DNA of 64,000 nucleotides from Dehalococcoidales bacterium (GCA_050014095.1 JBEKDZ010000004.1:8359-72358), one strand, 5' to 3'; positions 36,836-47,105 are shown, numbered from the stretch's first letter. The notes: generated from the letters alone by a model not told the origin. A program made the numbers and translations.

Positions 36836-37790
36836 ACCGAAACTGGCAATCTACTGGTCGGCGGCCTGCGGCGGCTGCGACGTCGCCATCCTCGATACGA
36901 ATGAAAAAATCCTGGATATCGCCAACCTTTGCGATATCGTCCTCTGGCCTATCGCTATGGACTTTAAATACCACCATATTAGGGAGATGAAGGATAAAAG
37001 CATCGATTTATGCCTCTTCAACGGCGCCGTTCGCAACACCGAGCAGGAAGAGCTCGCTAAACTTTTACGCGAAAAATCTAAAATCCTGGTAGCTTTTGGC
37101 GCCTGCGCCTGTCTCGGCGGCATACCGGCGCTGGCTAACTTCACCACCCGTGATGAGATATTACAGCGGGCTTACATCGAGATTCCTTCCAATAATAATG
37201 GGCAAAAGACCCTCCCGCAGCTGAAAACCAAAGTTGCCGAGGGTGAACTGGAGCTGCCCGAATTATTCGACACGGTAAAAACTTTAGCGCAGGTGGTACC
37301 AGTGGAATACTTTGTGCCCGGCTGCCCCCCGCCCGTCGACCTTATTTTAAAGCTGGTAGATTTATATGCAACTAACAAACTTCCTCCGTCCGGTGCTATC
37401 ATCGCCTCCGATAAAACCTGCTGCGATGAGTGCGACCGCATTAAAGAAGAAAAAAAGGTAAAAAAATTTTACCGTCCCCATGAAATTATCACCGACCCCA
37501 AGAAATGCCTGCTGGAGCAGGGCATCATCTGCTGCGGTCCCGCCACACGCGGGGGCTGCGGTATGCGCTGTATTAAAGCCAACATGCCCTGTCGCGGCTG
37601 TTTCGGGCCGCCGGAAGGCGTGGCTGACCAGGGCGCCAAAATGTTGAGCGCCATCGCTTCTATCTACCAGGGAGAAACCCCGGAAGAAATTAATAAAATG
37701 CTGGAAGAAGTGGTCGACCCGGCGGGTACTTTCTATCGGTTCGGCATGGCGGACTCCATGCTAAAGAGAAAAAGACTCCAGAAGAGTTGA
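36819..37790 (+). CDS. mvhG: [NiFe] hydrogenase small subunit, Mvh/group 3c type
   Basis: AACGGCDVAILD, FGACACLGGIP, and C-terminal Cys-rich ferredoxin-like region CCGPATRGGCGMRC...MPCRGCFGP. ATG 36828 is an alternative start. Confidence 0.8.
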   Translation: MAPMAKPKLAIYWSAACGGCDVAILDTNEKILDIANLCDIVLWPIAMDFKYHHIREMKDKSIDLCLFNGAVRNTEQEELAKLLREKSKILVAFGACACLGGIPALANFTTRDEILQRAYIEIPSNNNGQKTLPQLKTKVAEGELELPELFDTVKTLAQVVPVEYFVPGCPPPVDLILKLVDLYATNKLPPSGAIIASDKTCCDECDRIKEEKKVKKFYRPHEIITDPKKCLLEQGIICCGPATRGGCGMRCIKANMPCRGCFGPPEGVADQGAKMLSAIASIYQGETPEEINKMLEEVVDPAGTFYRFGMADSMLKRKRLQKS

Positions 37791-37803
37791 GGAAGTTTAT
37801 CAT

Positions 37804-39267
37804 ATGGCGAAAATTAGTATCGACCCCATTACCCGGCTCGAGGGACACGGCAAGATAGAGATATTCCTTGATGCCGATGGCGCGGTGGCAAACGCCTACC
37901 TCCAAATACCGGAGCTGCGCGGCTTCGAGAAATTCTGCGAGGGACGTCCGGTAGAAGAGATGCCCCGCATCGTGCCCCGCATCTGCGGCGTCTGCCCCGG
38001 TGCGCACCACATGGCTTCGGCCAAAACCACCGATTCTGTCTATCATGTCGACCCCCCGCCTGCCGCCAAAAAGCTGCGGGAGTTGTTCTACTGCGCCCAT
38101 ATGATTCACTCCCATATCGCTTGTTTTTACGCCCTCTCCGCCCCGGACTTCGTCCTCGGTCCCATGAGCGACCCTGCCCAAAGAAACATCCTCGGCGTGG
38201 TGGGCAAGGTCGGCCTCCAGGTAGGCGGCGAGGTCATCAAGCACCGCGCTTACGCCCAGCAAATCCAGGCGACCATCGGCGGCAAAGCCACCCACCCCGT
38301 CTGCGGCATCCCCGGCGGCATGAGCAAAGCGATTAACGAGGAGGAGCGTAAGGAATTCGAGGAGAAAGCCAAGTCCCTGGTAAACTTCGCCCAAGATAGC
38401 CTTAAGCTCTTTAACGACGTTGTTCTAAGCAATAAAGAGTATCTTAACCTCATCACCGGCGATGTCTATACCATGAAGAGTTACTATATGGGCATGGTAG
38501 ATGCTAAAAACAAAGTGAACTTTTACGACGGCGATTTACGACTCGTCGACTCCGACGGCAAAGAGGTAGTTAAGTTTAAAGCCGCCCAATATCTTGACTA
38601 TATCGCCGAGCATACCGAGCCCTGGTCTTATATGAAATTCCCCTTCCTGAAAAAGGTGGGCTGGAAGGGCTTCGTGGAAGGCAAAGACAGCGGCGTTTAC
38701 CGCGTCAGCCCGCTAGCACGTCTTAACGCTTCCGACGGCATGGCCACGCCGCAGGCGCAAGAAGCGTATGATAAAATGTATCAAACCCTCGGGGGAAAAC
38801 CGGTGCACGCCACCATGGCTTTCCACTGGGCTCGCCTGATTGAGCTCCTTTACGCCGCCGAGCGCCTGCTGGAGCTCTGCCGCGATAAAGAAATAACCAG
38901 TCCCGATGTAAGGACTATCCCCACCGCCACCCCCGATGAAGGCATAGGCGTCGTTGAGGCGCCGCGCGGCGTTCTCATCCATCACTATAAAACGGATAGC
39001 AATGGCATCATCCAGAAAGTGAACATGATTGTCGCTTCGGCACATAATTACCCCGCCATGAATATATCCATTAAAAAAGCCGCCCAGAGCCTCATCAAGA
39101 GGGGACAGCCGGCTTCCGAGGGACTGCTCAACATGGTGGAAATGGCTTTCCGCGCCTACGACCCCTGCATGGGCTGCGCCACCCACACTTTACCCGGCCA
39201 GATGCCTTTAGAGGTCCTTATCCGTAACGAACAGGGTGAAATTATCCAGAAACTAAGTCGGACATAA
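37804..39267 (+). CDS. mvhA: [NiFe] hydrogenase large subunit, Mvh/group 3c type
   Basis: N-terminal RLEGHGKI and PRICGVCP. C-terminal DPCMGCATH is followed by a cleavable tail. Confidence 0.9.
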   Translation: MAKISIDPITRLEGHGKIEIFLDADGAVANAYLQIPELRGFEKFCEGRPVEEMPRIVPRICGVCPGAHHMASAKTTDSVYHVDPPPAAKKLRELFYCAHMIHSHIACFYALSAPDFVLGPMSDPAQRNILGVVGKVGLQVGGEVIKHRAYAQQIQATIGGKATHPVCGIPGGMSKAINEEERKEFEEKAKSLVNFAQDSLKLFNDVVLSNKEYLNLITGDVYTMKSYYMGMVDAKNKVNFYDGDLRLVDSDGKEVVKFKAAQYLDYIAEHTEPWSYMKFPFLKKVGWKGFVEGKDSGVYRVSPLARLNASDGMATPQAQEAYDKMYQTLGGKPVHATMAFHWARLIELLYAAERLLELCRDKEITSPDVRTIPTATPDEGIGVVEAPRGVLIHHYKTDSNGIIQKVNMIVASAHNYPAMNISIKKAAQSLIKRGQPASEGLLNMVEMAFRAYDPCMGCATHTLPGQMPLEVLIRNEQGEIIQKLSRT

Positions 39268-39281
39268 GCTGGAAAGAAACT

Positions 39282-39758
39282 ATGAGTGTAAACAAACTTA
39301 AGACGCTGGTGCTCGGACTCGGTAATCCCATTTTGAGCGACGACTCTGCCGGCTGCCGCGTGGCGATGGTGCTGCAAGAAAAACTGCACCTTCCGGACGT
39401 AGACATCAGAGAGGCAAGCATCGCCGGGTTGGACTTCCTGGATACGCTCACCGGCTACGACCGCACCATTATCATCGACGCCATCCAGACCGGCCAAGGC
39501 ACGCCGGGTCAGATATACCGCTTCGGACCCGAGATACTGGCACACACCCGCCACGCTAGCACGCCTCACGATGTAAATCTAGCCACCGCCCTCGAACTCG
39601 GGAAAAAGCTTAAACTGGAGTTGCCGCGAGAAATCACTATCTTCGCTATCGAAGCCGAAGATGTTACATCCTTCAGTGAAGAGTGCGGTCCTGGGGTAAA
39701 ACGAGCCATCCCCCAATGCGTTGAAATGGTCATCCGAGAACTGCAAATAGCTTCTTAA
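39282..39758 (+). CDS. Hydrogenase maturation endopeptidase (HycI/FrhD/HoxW family)
   Basis: LVLGLGNPILSDDSAG...IIIDAI...PHDVNL. Confidence 0.8.
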   Translation: MSVNKLKTLVLGLGNPILSDDSAGCRVAMVLQEKLHLPDVDIREASIAGLDFLDTLTGYDRTIIIDAIQTGQGTPGQIYRFGPEILAHTRHASTPHDVNLATALELGKKLKLELPREITIFAIEAEDVTSFSEECGPGVKRAIPQCVEMVIRELQIAS

Positions 39759-41602
39759 AGTCCCAGCTCTGCTGCCACATCCCCCAACCCCAGTTCCACC
39801 ATCCTTTTTTTACCCGGTTTACCCGTTGCCGGGTCCCACTGCATTGCTATAAAATAGTCTCTAATCATCGTGGCTTCATCAACGGAAACGCCTGTGTTGG
39901 GGCCTGCCTTGTGCGGCGGTTTGCCAAGCAGTCGCCCCGATATTTTAAAAGATTGGAGTCCTATGTCCTCCCGCAGGTTGAAAGCCTGGCGCATATTTTC
40001 GATTCTCTCGCCGATAAGCACCAGGTCGTCGGTAGTGACATCCCAGCCAGTTACTGGCCGTATAAAATTAGCGATGCCATCGGTATCCGGGAAAGCCGAG
40101 TTCACGAAGAGGCACGTACCGGAGCACATCAACGCATGTTGGAAGTTGCTGCCCCGCGCATGCACCTCCCCCCGGCCGGTATATAGCTGCCGGTTGATAT
40201 CCGGCAGCAGCCCCTTGTTATGGTGCTCCTCCGAGCCCTGGGTGTGGCGTGCCGGGGTGGCATTAGTGAGATACGTCGTCGCCATAGCAGAGGTAGCGAT
40301 AGGATTATGCCCCGGCACCTCCTGCCCATGTACGTGCATGGCGTAATCCGCAGCATTTTTGCCTATCTTTTGTGCGGCTACTTTAACGCCATCCGCCAGG
40401 ATATCGCCAAAGCCTTCGCGTAATCCCATTTTTTCCGTCATCGCCACCAGCGCTTGATGATTGCCCCACTTCAGGTCGATGCCGTCCGTATCTTTTTTGG
40501 TAATCAGCCCTTTTTCGTAGCATTCCATAGCGAAAGCGATAACCGCACCGGCGGAAATAGTATCGATGCCTAGACGATTGCAGATGTCATTGGCTTTGAT
40601 AATCGAATCGATATTGTTGTTCAGGCAGTTGCTGCCGAGCATAGCGATAGTTTCATACTCGGGACGGTAGGAGCCGGCGGCGTATTTATATTCCCCCGTG
40701 CCCTCTTTCATCGTGGCTTCGCAGCCGACCGGACACTGATAGCAGGCGATGTGTCTTAAGCGTCTTTCGTCAACCGCTTCGGCGCCCAGCGTGCTGGCAT
40801 TGGGAAAATCGTTAATTGCTGCCCCGCCCCAGTTCTTCACCGGCGAGTCCCCGCCCTCGATGCTACTGGCCGTCGTAAAAGTTGTGCCGTATTTCCGCAG
40901 GATGCTGACATGGCCACCCAGCAACGCCAGGTATTTCGTCCTTAAGTCCTTCACTCCTTGTTCATCGTAGACAGGCACCTTCATCTTACCCTTAATCGCC
41001 ACTGCCTTGAGTCGTTTCGACCCCATTACCGCGCCCAGACCGGAGCGTGCGGCGACACTGCCCTTTAAATGCACCACGCCGGCGATGAGCGATAGCCTTT
41101 CCCCGCCCGGCCCGATGCAGGCGACCTCCGTTTCCTTACCCAGCTCCGTTTTAATTATGTCCTCTGTATCGTAGGTATCCTTGCCCCAGAGATGCCCGGC
41201 GTCTTTAAGTTCTACCTTGCCGTTATCGATAAAGAGATAAACCGGCTTGGGCGAAATGCCGGTGAAAAAAACGAAGTCGTAGCCGGCGAACTTCAAAAAA
41301 GCTCCGAAATGCCCGCCGGAGTTGGCATCGCCCCAGCCGCCCGTTAAGGGCGATTTACCGACGATGGTATAGCGCGTGCCGGAGATAGCCTGGGTGCCGG
41401 TGAAAGGTCCTGTGGTAAAGCCAAGTATATTATCCGGTCCGAGGGGGTCGATGCCCGCTTTCATCCTGCTGAATAGTATCCTGGCACCGATGCCGTACCC
41501 CCCGATGAACTGCCGCGCCATTTCCTCATCGAGCAGCTCATCATTGAACTTGCCCCGGGTCAAATCAACCCATAGTATTTTCCCCATGTAACCTCTCGCC
41601 AC
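39755..41602 (-). CDS. aor: Aldehyde:ferredoxin oxidoreductase (tungstopterin AOR family)
   Basis: GKILWVDLTRGK...IGGYGIGARIL N-domain, the CYQCPVGC cluster motif and a long AOR C-domain. Confidence 0.85.
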   Translation of the reverse strand: MARGYMGKILWVDLTRGKFNDELLDEEMARQFIGGYGIGARILFSRMKAGIDPLGPDNILGFTTGPFTGTQAISGTRYTIVGKSPLTGGWGDANSGGHFGAFLKFAGYDFVFFTGISPKPVYLFIDNGKVELKDAGHLWGKDTYDTEDIIKTELGKETEVACIGPGGERLSLIAGVVHLKGSVAARSGLGAVMGSKRLKAVAIKGKMKVPVYDEQGVKDLRTKYLALLGGHVSILRKYGTTFTTASSIEGGDSPVKNWGGAAINDFPNASTLGAEAVDERRLRHIACYQCPVGCEATMKEGTGEYKYAAGSYRPEYETIAMLGSNCLNNNIDSIIKANDICNRLGIDTISAGAVIAFAMECYEKGLITKKDTDGIDLKWGNHQALVAMTEKMGLREGFGDILADGVKVAAQKIGKNAADYAMHVHGQEVPGHNPIATSAMATTYLTNATPARHTQGSEEHHNKGLLPDINRQLYTGRGEVHARGSNFQHALMCSGTCLFVNSAFPDTDGIANFIRPVTGWDVTTDDLVLIGERIENMRQAFNLREDIGLQSFKISGRLLGKPPHKAGPNTGVSVDEATMIRDYFIAMQWDPATGKPGKKRMVELGLGDVAAELGL

Positions 41603-41716
41603 GATTGCCTCCGAAAAATTTACGAGAAAAGGTGACGCAGTAATTATACTATATTGCCGTGGTTAGAAAAAATTTACGAAATATCAGATTAGACGTAAAA
41701 CTTACTTAAACATGAT

Positions 41717-41745
41717 TTGACAACGACAAAGATATGATATATATT
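41717..41745 (+). promoter_or_regulatory. Sigma-70-type promoter for the pyruvate-kinase-like gene
   Basis: TTGACA (41717-22), exact 17-nt spacer, TATATT (41740-45). An AAGGAGG RBS lies before the start at 41828. Confidence 0.6.
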
Positions 41746-41827
41746 ATGCGAAACAAAAAAGAGACTTTTGGGGAATAATGTGATGTTTAGGAACTATTTC
41801 ATCTTTTTTATGAAAAGGAGGTAAAAC

Positions 41828-43695
41828 TTGTATATCCGGAGTGACAATCAACGCTTAAAGACAAAAATAATCGCTACAATTGGCTCCGAGAATCGTCTTA
41901 GGTTTTCACCTTCTGGTCGTAAATATCATAGGATTAAATATGGCAAGATGTTTAAATGGTTTGAACAGCCGGTTTATGGCGGCTTTATGGTTGATATATT
42001 AAGATTAAATATGGCCTTCTATGAACCTATAACAGGAGAACAGCAGTATAGAAATATTTTTGACTGGCTAGAAGATAATAAGGATGAATTGGCAAAAAAT
42101 GTAGGCGTATTGTGTGACCTAGCTGGCGCAAAAACCCGTCTTGGAAACATCAAGAGCAAAAGAAAAAAGAAAGAAGGAAAAAAGATGAAGAAGATAAAGA
42201 CGGCGTCAATGTTAAAGGAGAATTTCTACTGTATTTAGAAAAAAAATCCACCGGCAACAGTAAAAAAGCAAGCGTACTGGCTTATGGGAAGCCTCTGCGG
42301 GAACTTGGGGATTATTACGACAATATCTGTAATAACTTAGAACTTCATTTGGGTAGAGGTAAACCGGGCATAAAGATTACCGTCGGCGATGGAAAAACTA
42401 TTTTAAAAGCTTATAAGTTAAAAAATGGCATTTTATACTGCCATGTAGAAAAAGAGGGGATTATTAAGAGCAATTGGGGTATTACCTTTGAAAAACTTGA
42501 CCTCATGTTACCTTCTTTCCAGCCGCCCGACGAAGATGCTTTGAAATTCATGTTACGTCTTGATGATCAGCGTGGTTTTATCTCTGCTATTGGCGTTTCT
42601 TTCGTTAGAGAGCCGGAAGACATAGTAAAAGTAAGAAAATGCATTGAGAATTACTATCATCATGAATTTAAATACAGCAAAACAAATGCACGACTCCGTT
42701 GTCCGTACATCATTGCCAAGATAGAAACGGAAGCAGGCGCTGAAAATATCGAGAAAATACTCGATGTTGCGGACGGCGCCATGATTGCCCGGGGCGACCT
42801 GGCATTGCAGCTTAGCCGGGAGGAAGTCCCGCAAAAACAAAAGGATATAATCAGCCTGTGCAATAAACGTGGAAAAATCGCTATCACGGCTACAGAAATG
42901 CTTGCTTCCATGGAAGAAAACATAGAACCGACACGCGCCGAGGTAAATGATGTCTTCAATTCAATTGTTGATGGTACCGACGCAGTTATGCTTTCAGGCG
43001 AAACATCCAGCGGGAAATATCCAGCTCAAGCCGTTCACTACATGAATAGGATAACGGAAAGAGCTGAAACATATTTTGAAAAAATTTATTCTAGAAAGAC
43101 CTCACAAAACTTACAGCGAATCCAAGTATTAAGAGAAGGGTCAGAGAAATTAATAGAAGATACTACTGCCAGACTTAAAGAAAGATGGCAGTTTTACAGG
43201 AAAAAGGGCGAGAAATGGGCATCGGGTTTATATCATGATAAATATAAAAAAAGCAAGGAACAGGGGACTACCGACCGGATTTGTGCTGCAGCTTGTGAAC
43301 TGGTTGAGGAGCAAGAATTCAAAGCTATCGTTGCCTCAACGGCATCCGGAAGGACCATAAGAATGTTATCGCGCTTTCGGCCCAGTGTTAAGTTAATCGG
43401 TATAATCTACGATGAAAGATGCCGGCGTAAATTACTGCTTAGTAACGGAGTTTATCCGTTAAGCATTGGAACCAAAACGCCTCCTGCAGACAATACATGG
43501 AAAAACCCAGAAGCAGTTTTTCAAAGAGCTGCTGAACACTGTATTAAAGATAAATTGTTAAATAAAGGTGACCGAGCTGTTTTTGTATCCGGCACTCCTT
43601 TAGGGTATTATGGTCAGGGGAAGGTAAATATACTCCAGATAAAGACCTTTAGTATAAAGTCTCGTAAAGGTGTTAATAATTTTACTGCTAAATAG
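41828..43695 (+). pseudogene. Divergent pyruvate kinase paralog, split by a 1-nt frameshift inside an A-rich tract (pseudogene, homopolymer miscall, or -1 recoding)
   Basis: ORF1 has LKTKIIATIGS and VLCDLAGAKTRLG (PK N-terminal motifs). The frame of ORF2 is open from at least 42121 and, after the shift, gives the B-domain (VNVKGEFLL...ITVGDGKTILKAY...). It then reads IIAKIETEAG, DGAMIARGDL, ATEMLASM and EPTRAEVNDVFNSIVDGTDAVMLSGETSSGKYP. Confidence 0.7.
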
Positions 43696-43785
43696 GTTTT
43701 ACAGGTCGCAATATATTATTTATTGAAAAGTGTCACACCAGCAGTAAAGGAATGTACTTAATCACTTTTGCATAAATACTCTAAT

Positions 43786-44649
43786 ATGAAAACAAGACTT
43801 GGTCCTTACCTCTGGAGCGTATTAGTCATGGCGCTGGCGTTGGCGCTTTCTCTTTTCGTCGCCACCCACGAAAAAGTATTTGCCGAAGAACAGCAAATAG
43901 TCTCCCCGGATGTTTCACTCTGGCCGGTATTGCTCTACTTTTTCGGTGTGGTGGCAGTGGTAGCCATTATCCTTTTTATCATCCCCTTAAAAAAAATACG
44001 GCTGCTTTTCCGGTTGTTGTTCGCCTTCATGTTTGCCTGGGGACTATTTATCGTCAGTTTCTTCTTTATGCCGGACCCGGCGGCTTATACCCTGGCGGCC
44101 GTCGCCGGCATTGTCTGGCTGTTCTGGGCGAGAATCTGGCTGCATGATATTCTCCTGCTGATAGCCCTGGCTGCCGCTGGCGCTGTCTTTGGGTTTATCT
44201 TCTCCCCATGGACGTTCATGATTTTCATGTTGGTCATCGCCGTTTACGATGTCCTAGCCGTACGTTTCGGGCTGATGGTCTGGATGGCGGATAAGCTTTC
44301 CGGAACCACTTCCCTGCCCGCTTTTGTTTTCCCTAAAAAAACAAGCGACCTGAAACTGGGTCTCCAGACCGTGCAGGTGGGTGAACTTAAAAAAGAAGCA
44401 GCGGATAAACGCGAGCATACTATCCTGGGCGGCGGCGATATCGGCTTCCCTTTGATGCTCTCGAACTCGGTTTACTTCGCATCCAATATGTGGAGTGCCG
44501 TTCTCGTGGGCGCTTTTAGCATCGTTGGGCTGATAGTGGCTTTTATTATTCAAAAGGTATGGCTCAAGGGCAAACCCATGCCCGCTTTGCCCCCCATCGC
44601 CATCGGCTGCCTCATCGGCTTCGTCATAGCATCAAATTTCATTAAATAG
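43786..44649 (+). CDS. Presenilin/signal-peptide-peptidase-like intramembrane aspartyl protease (A22 family homolog)
   Basis: Polytopic membrane protein with the three family signatures in order: AVYDVLAV (YD), LGGGDIGFPLM (GxGD) and PMPALPPI (PAL). Confidence 0.75.
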   Translation: MKTRLGPYLWSVLVMALALALSLFVATHEKVFAEEQQIVSPDVSLWPVLLYFFGVVAVVAIILFIIPLKKIRLLFRLLFAFMFAWGLFIVSFFFMPDPAAYTLAAVAGIVWLFWARIWLHDILLLIALAAAGAVFGFIFSPWTFMIFMLVIAVYDVLAVRFGLMVWMADKLSGTTSLPAFVFPKKTSDLKLGLQTVQVGELKKEAADKREHTILGGGDIGFPLMLSNSVYFASNMWSAVLVGAFSIVGLIVAFIIQKVWLKGKPMPALPPIAIGCLIGFVIASNFIK

Positions 44650-44664
44650 CGCGGGTTAAATATC

Positions 44665-45891
44665 ATGCCAATAAATACCGATGTCTATTTTCATAAAACA
44701 GTTGCCTTTCGCTTCTGGAAACAAAGCCTCCAGTTCCGTTTATCCCAGCAGCTTTTCAGTAGCCACAATATAGACACCGGCACCAAGTTCCTGCTGCGTA
44801 CTATTGTGGAAGCCGGTCATCCTCCTTTTAAGCGTATCCTGGACGTCGGCTGCGGCTACGGACCGCTCGGATTAACATTGAAATGTCTCTACCGTGATAG
44901 CCTTTTACACCTGTTGGATAGAGACGCGCTGGCAGTAGAATACACTCGCCAGAACGCCGAGCTTAACGGACTGACCGACGTTGCAATCTACGGCAGCCTG
45001 GGCTATGACGACGTTAATCGTAATGACTTCAACCTTATCGTTGCCAACATCCCCGACCATGCCGGGGAAACGGTAATTACGTATCTTATACAGGAAGCGC
45101 GTTACTATCTGGCGCCCGGCGGCACTGTAGCTATATTAGTGGTCGCCCCGCTGGAAAACATGGTTGATAAAATCATGTTAGATATCTCCGACGCGGAAGT
45201 TATCTTAAAGCGTAACCAATCACGACACGTGGTCTTTCATTACAAGTTTTCCGACGTAATAACTCTGCCCCGACTCGCCCAGAATTCTCTGGAACGTGGT
45301 GTTTATCACCGAAATGACATCACCATGCACCTCGGTAAACTTGAATATAAAATGCAGACCGCTAACGGCTTGCCGGAGTTCGACTCTTTGAGCTATAGCA
45401 GTGAAATGCTGATAAATGCTTTGGGTGAAGCAGGGGACGGGGAAATTAATCATGCCGCGGTTCTCAACCCCGGCCAGGGGCATGTCGCGGTGGCGCTATG
45501 GAAAATACTAAAACCCAAATCCATTACTCTAGTTAACCGTGACCTGCTGGCACTCCGGTATTCGCAGCGCAATCTTATTTTGAATGGATGCCGACCCGAG
45601 AGCATTAGCATCCTGCATCAGGTTGGCTTAGACCCAAACTTCCAAGGAAAAATCGACCTCTTTATCGGTTCGCTGCGCGGAGAGGAAGGCAAAAAAGCCT
45701 CCTTGTTGACCCTCGACCAGATGACTGCCAATCTATCTGATAAAGGGATAATCATCTTATCTTCCGGCTCCACGGCTATTACCCGCCTTGCCGACTACAT
45801 AGAATCTCAAGGACTCCTCCACATTAAAAAGCGGGAACGGCGGCGGGGCTATAGTTTGCTGGTGATGGATAAGATTTCAGGATCAAATTAG
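44665..45891 (+). CDS. Two-domain rRNA (guanine-N2) methyltransferase-like protein (RsmC/RlmG architecture)
   Basis: N-module has ILDVGCGYGPLGL and VANIPDH (NPPxH-like motif IV). A second, degenerate MTase-like module follows. Confidence 0.6.
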   Translation: MPINTDVYFHKTVAFRFWKQSLQFRLSQQLFSSHNIDTGTKFLLRTIVEAGHPPFKRILDVGCGYGPLGLTLKCLYRDSLLHLLDRDALAVEYTRQNAELNGLTDVAIYGSLGYDDVNRNDFNLIVANIPDHAGETVITYLIQEARYYLAPGGTVAILVVAPLENMVDKIMLDISDAEVILKRNQSRHVVFHYKFSDVITLPRLAQNSLERGVYHRNDITMHLGKLEYKMQTANGLPEFDSLSYSSEMLINALGEAGDGEINHAAVLNPGQGHVAVALWKILKPKSITLVNRDLLALRYSQRNLILNGCRPESISILHQVGLDPNFQGKIDLFIGSLRGEEGKKASLLTLDQMTANLSDKGIIILSSGSTAITRLADYIESQGLLHIKKRERRRGYSLLVMDKISGSN

Positions 45892-45918
45892 TTAATTAGT
45901 ATATTATCCACCTATAAT

Positions 45919-45951
45919 AGGATTATTATTGATTACGTGCTATAATCCTAT
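45919..45951. promoter_or_regulatory. Inverted repeat TAGGATTAT-N15-ATAATCCTA upstream of 45993
   Basis: 9-bp perfect arms, each overlapping a TATAAT-like hexamer, in an AT-rich intergenic region. Confidence 0.3.
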
Positions 45952-45992
45952 AAATAAAAAGTGATTCTAGGTAAAGGACTAAAGGGATTAAT

Positions 45993-46367
45993 ATGGACTG
46001 GTTTCTTCAACATAGTTCAAATTTTGCTAACGCTGGTATTGCTGTAATATTAATAGGGCTTGCATTAAGGCTACTGCCACCTAATGAGGCAAGTAAAAGG
46101 CATAATAATGGAATCAAATTATTAGTCCTTGGCATTATAATTCTTCTATTAGGTTACTTTGGTTCTTCACTAAAACTATCAGGGACAGATGTATTGATTA
46201 CTAGTGGTGCTGCGGTGTTTGTGGCCGGTATTTTTGAACTTATTCAGTGGGCAGTTGATATTGGAAAATCAACATGGCATCATGTTTACATTGGAGTATG
46301 GGTCGCGTGTATCGTTGGGGCTCTACTAGTTGTACTCTCCGTAATAGCAAGTAGTTTGCCACGATAA
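45993..46367 (+). CDS. Small integral membrane protein, unknown function
   Basis: Four hydrophobic segments; AT-rich codon usage compared with neighbours (by eye). Confidence 0.5.
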   Translation: MDWFLQHSSNFANAGIAVILIGLALRLLPPNEASKRHNNGIKLLVLGIIILLLGYFGSSLKLSGTDVLITSGAAVFVAGIFELIQWAVDIGKSTWHHVYIGVWVACIVGALLVVLSVIASSLPR

Positions 46368-46443
46368 AAAAATTTAATCATCGGTTCCTAATAATCAATA
46401 AAGTGAAGTAATTTCCTAAAATACATTTTATCGGAGGTATTTA

Positions 46444-47055
46444 ATGAAAGTCCTTATTTTATCCGGCAGCCGCAACCGCGAAGGCCAGACCGCCCGTGCT
46501 ATCAAAGCTGTCCAGAAAGGCATCGCCGCTGGCAAGGGCAAGTCCGAGGTCATCTTCCTGACCGAACTTAAGCTGGAGCGCTGCCGCCAGTGCGATCCCG
46601 ATGGCTGGGGACTCTGCCGCCGGGAAAGTCGCTGCATTATCGACGACGATTTGGCGTCGGTCATCGCTAAAGTGAAAGATGCGGACGTTCTCGTTTTCGC
46701 CAACCCCGTCTACTTCGGCGACTTGAGCGAGAGCATGCGCTGCTTCCTCGACCGGTTCCGCCGCACGCTCTTCAAGCCCGGCGCCGCCCCTCGTCCCGGC
46801 TTCCCCATGGGTGGCGGCACGCCCACCATCGGTATATCTTATGCTGGCGGTTCTGGCAACGGCACGGTATCCTCCTCCGCCACCTTAGAACGCGTCCTCC
46901 AGACCTGCGGCTTTGACGTGGTAGACATGATACAGGTGCGCCGCCAGAATATCGACGTTAAAATACCCATGCTGGAAATGGTCGGCAAGTGGCTAACGAC
47001 TAAACCCACCTCCGGTCCGCCTTTCATGCCCCCGCCGCCCCTACCTAAGAAATAA
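46444..47055 (+). CDS. Flavodoxin-fold NAD(P)H-dependent FMN reductase / iron-sulfur flavoprotein-like
   Basis: MKVLILSGSRNREGQT, a Cys cluster CRQCDPDGWGLCRRESRC, and ADVLVFANPVYFGDLS. Confidence 0.7.
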   Translation: MKVLILSGSRNREGQTARAIKAVQKGIAAGKGKSEVIFLTELKLERCRQCDPDGWGLCRRESRCIIDDDLASVIAKVKDADVLVFANPVYFGDLSESMRCFLDRFRRTLFKPGAAPRPGFPMGGGTPTIGISYAGGSGNGTVSSSATLERVLQTCGFDVVDMIQVRRQNIDVKIPMLEMVGKWLTTKPTSGPPFMPPPPLPKK

Positions 47056-47076
47056 CATTTTACAAGTCTACCCTGA

Positions 47077-47105
47077 TTGACAGCAACCGCTTTCTACGCT
47101 AAAAT
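47077..47105 (+). promoter_or_regulatory. Sigma-70-type promoter of the P-type ATPase leader
   Basis: TTGACA (47077-82), exact 17-nt spacer, TAAAAT (47100-05). Confidence 0.65.

Noticed and set aside
37690-38394. 234-aa minus-strand ORF and similar long antisense ORFs (5425..6204, 6739..7470, 17346..18077, 34224..34790, 35916..36368)
   Set aside because: All lie opposite strongly supported genes (mvhA, nuoF-like, nifS, hdrA). They have Arg/Gly/Ala-rich translations, no RBS and no recognisable domains.
34416-39267. Selenocysteine codons in hdrA, mvhD, mvhG or mvhA, as found in Methanococcus homologs
   Set aside because: All four ORFs are uninterrupted and show Cys at the relevant motifs (for example DPCMGCATH). 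No in-frame TGA is present.
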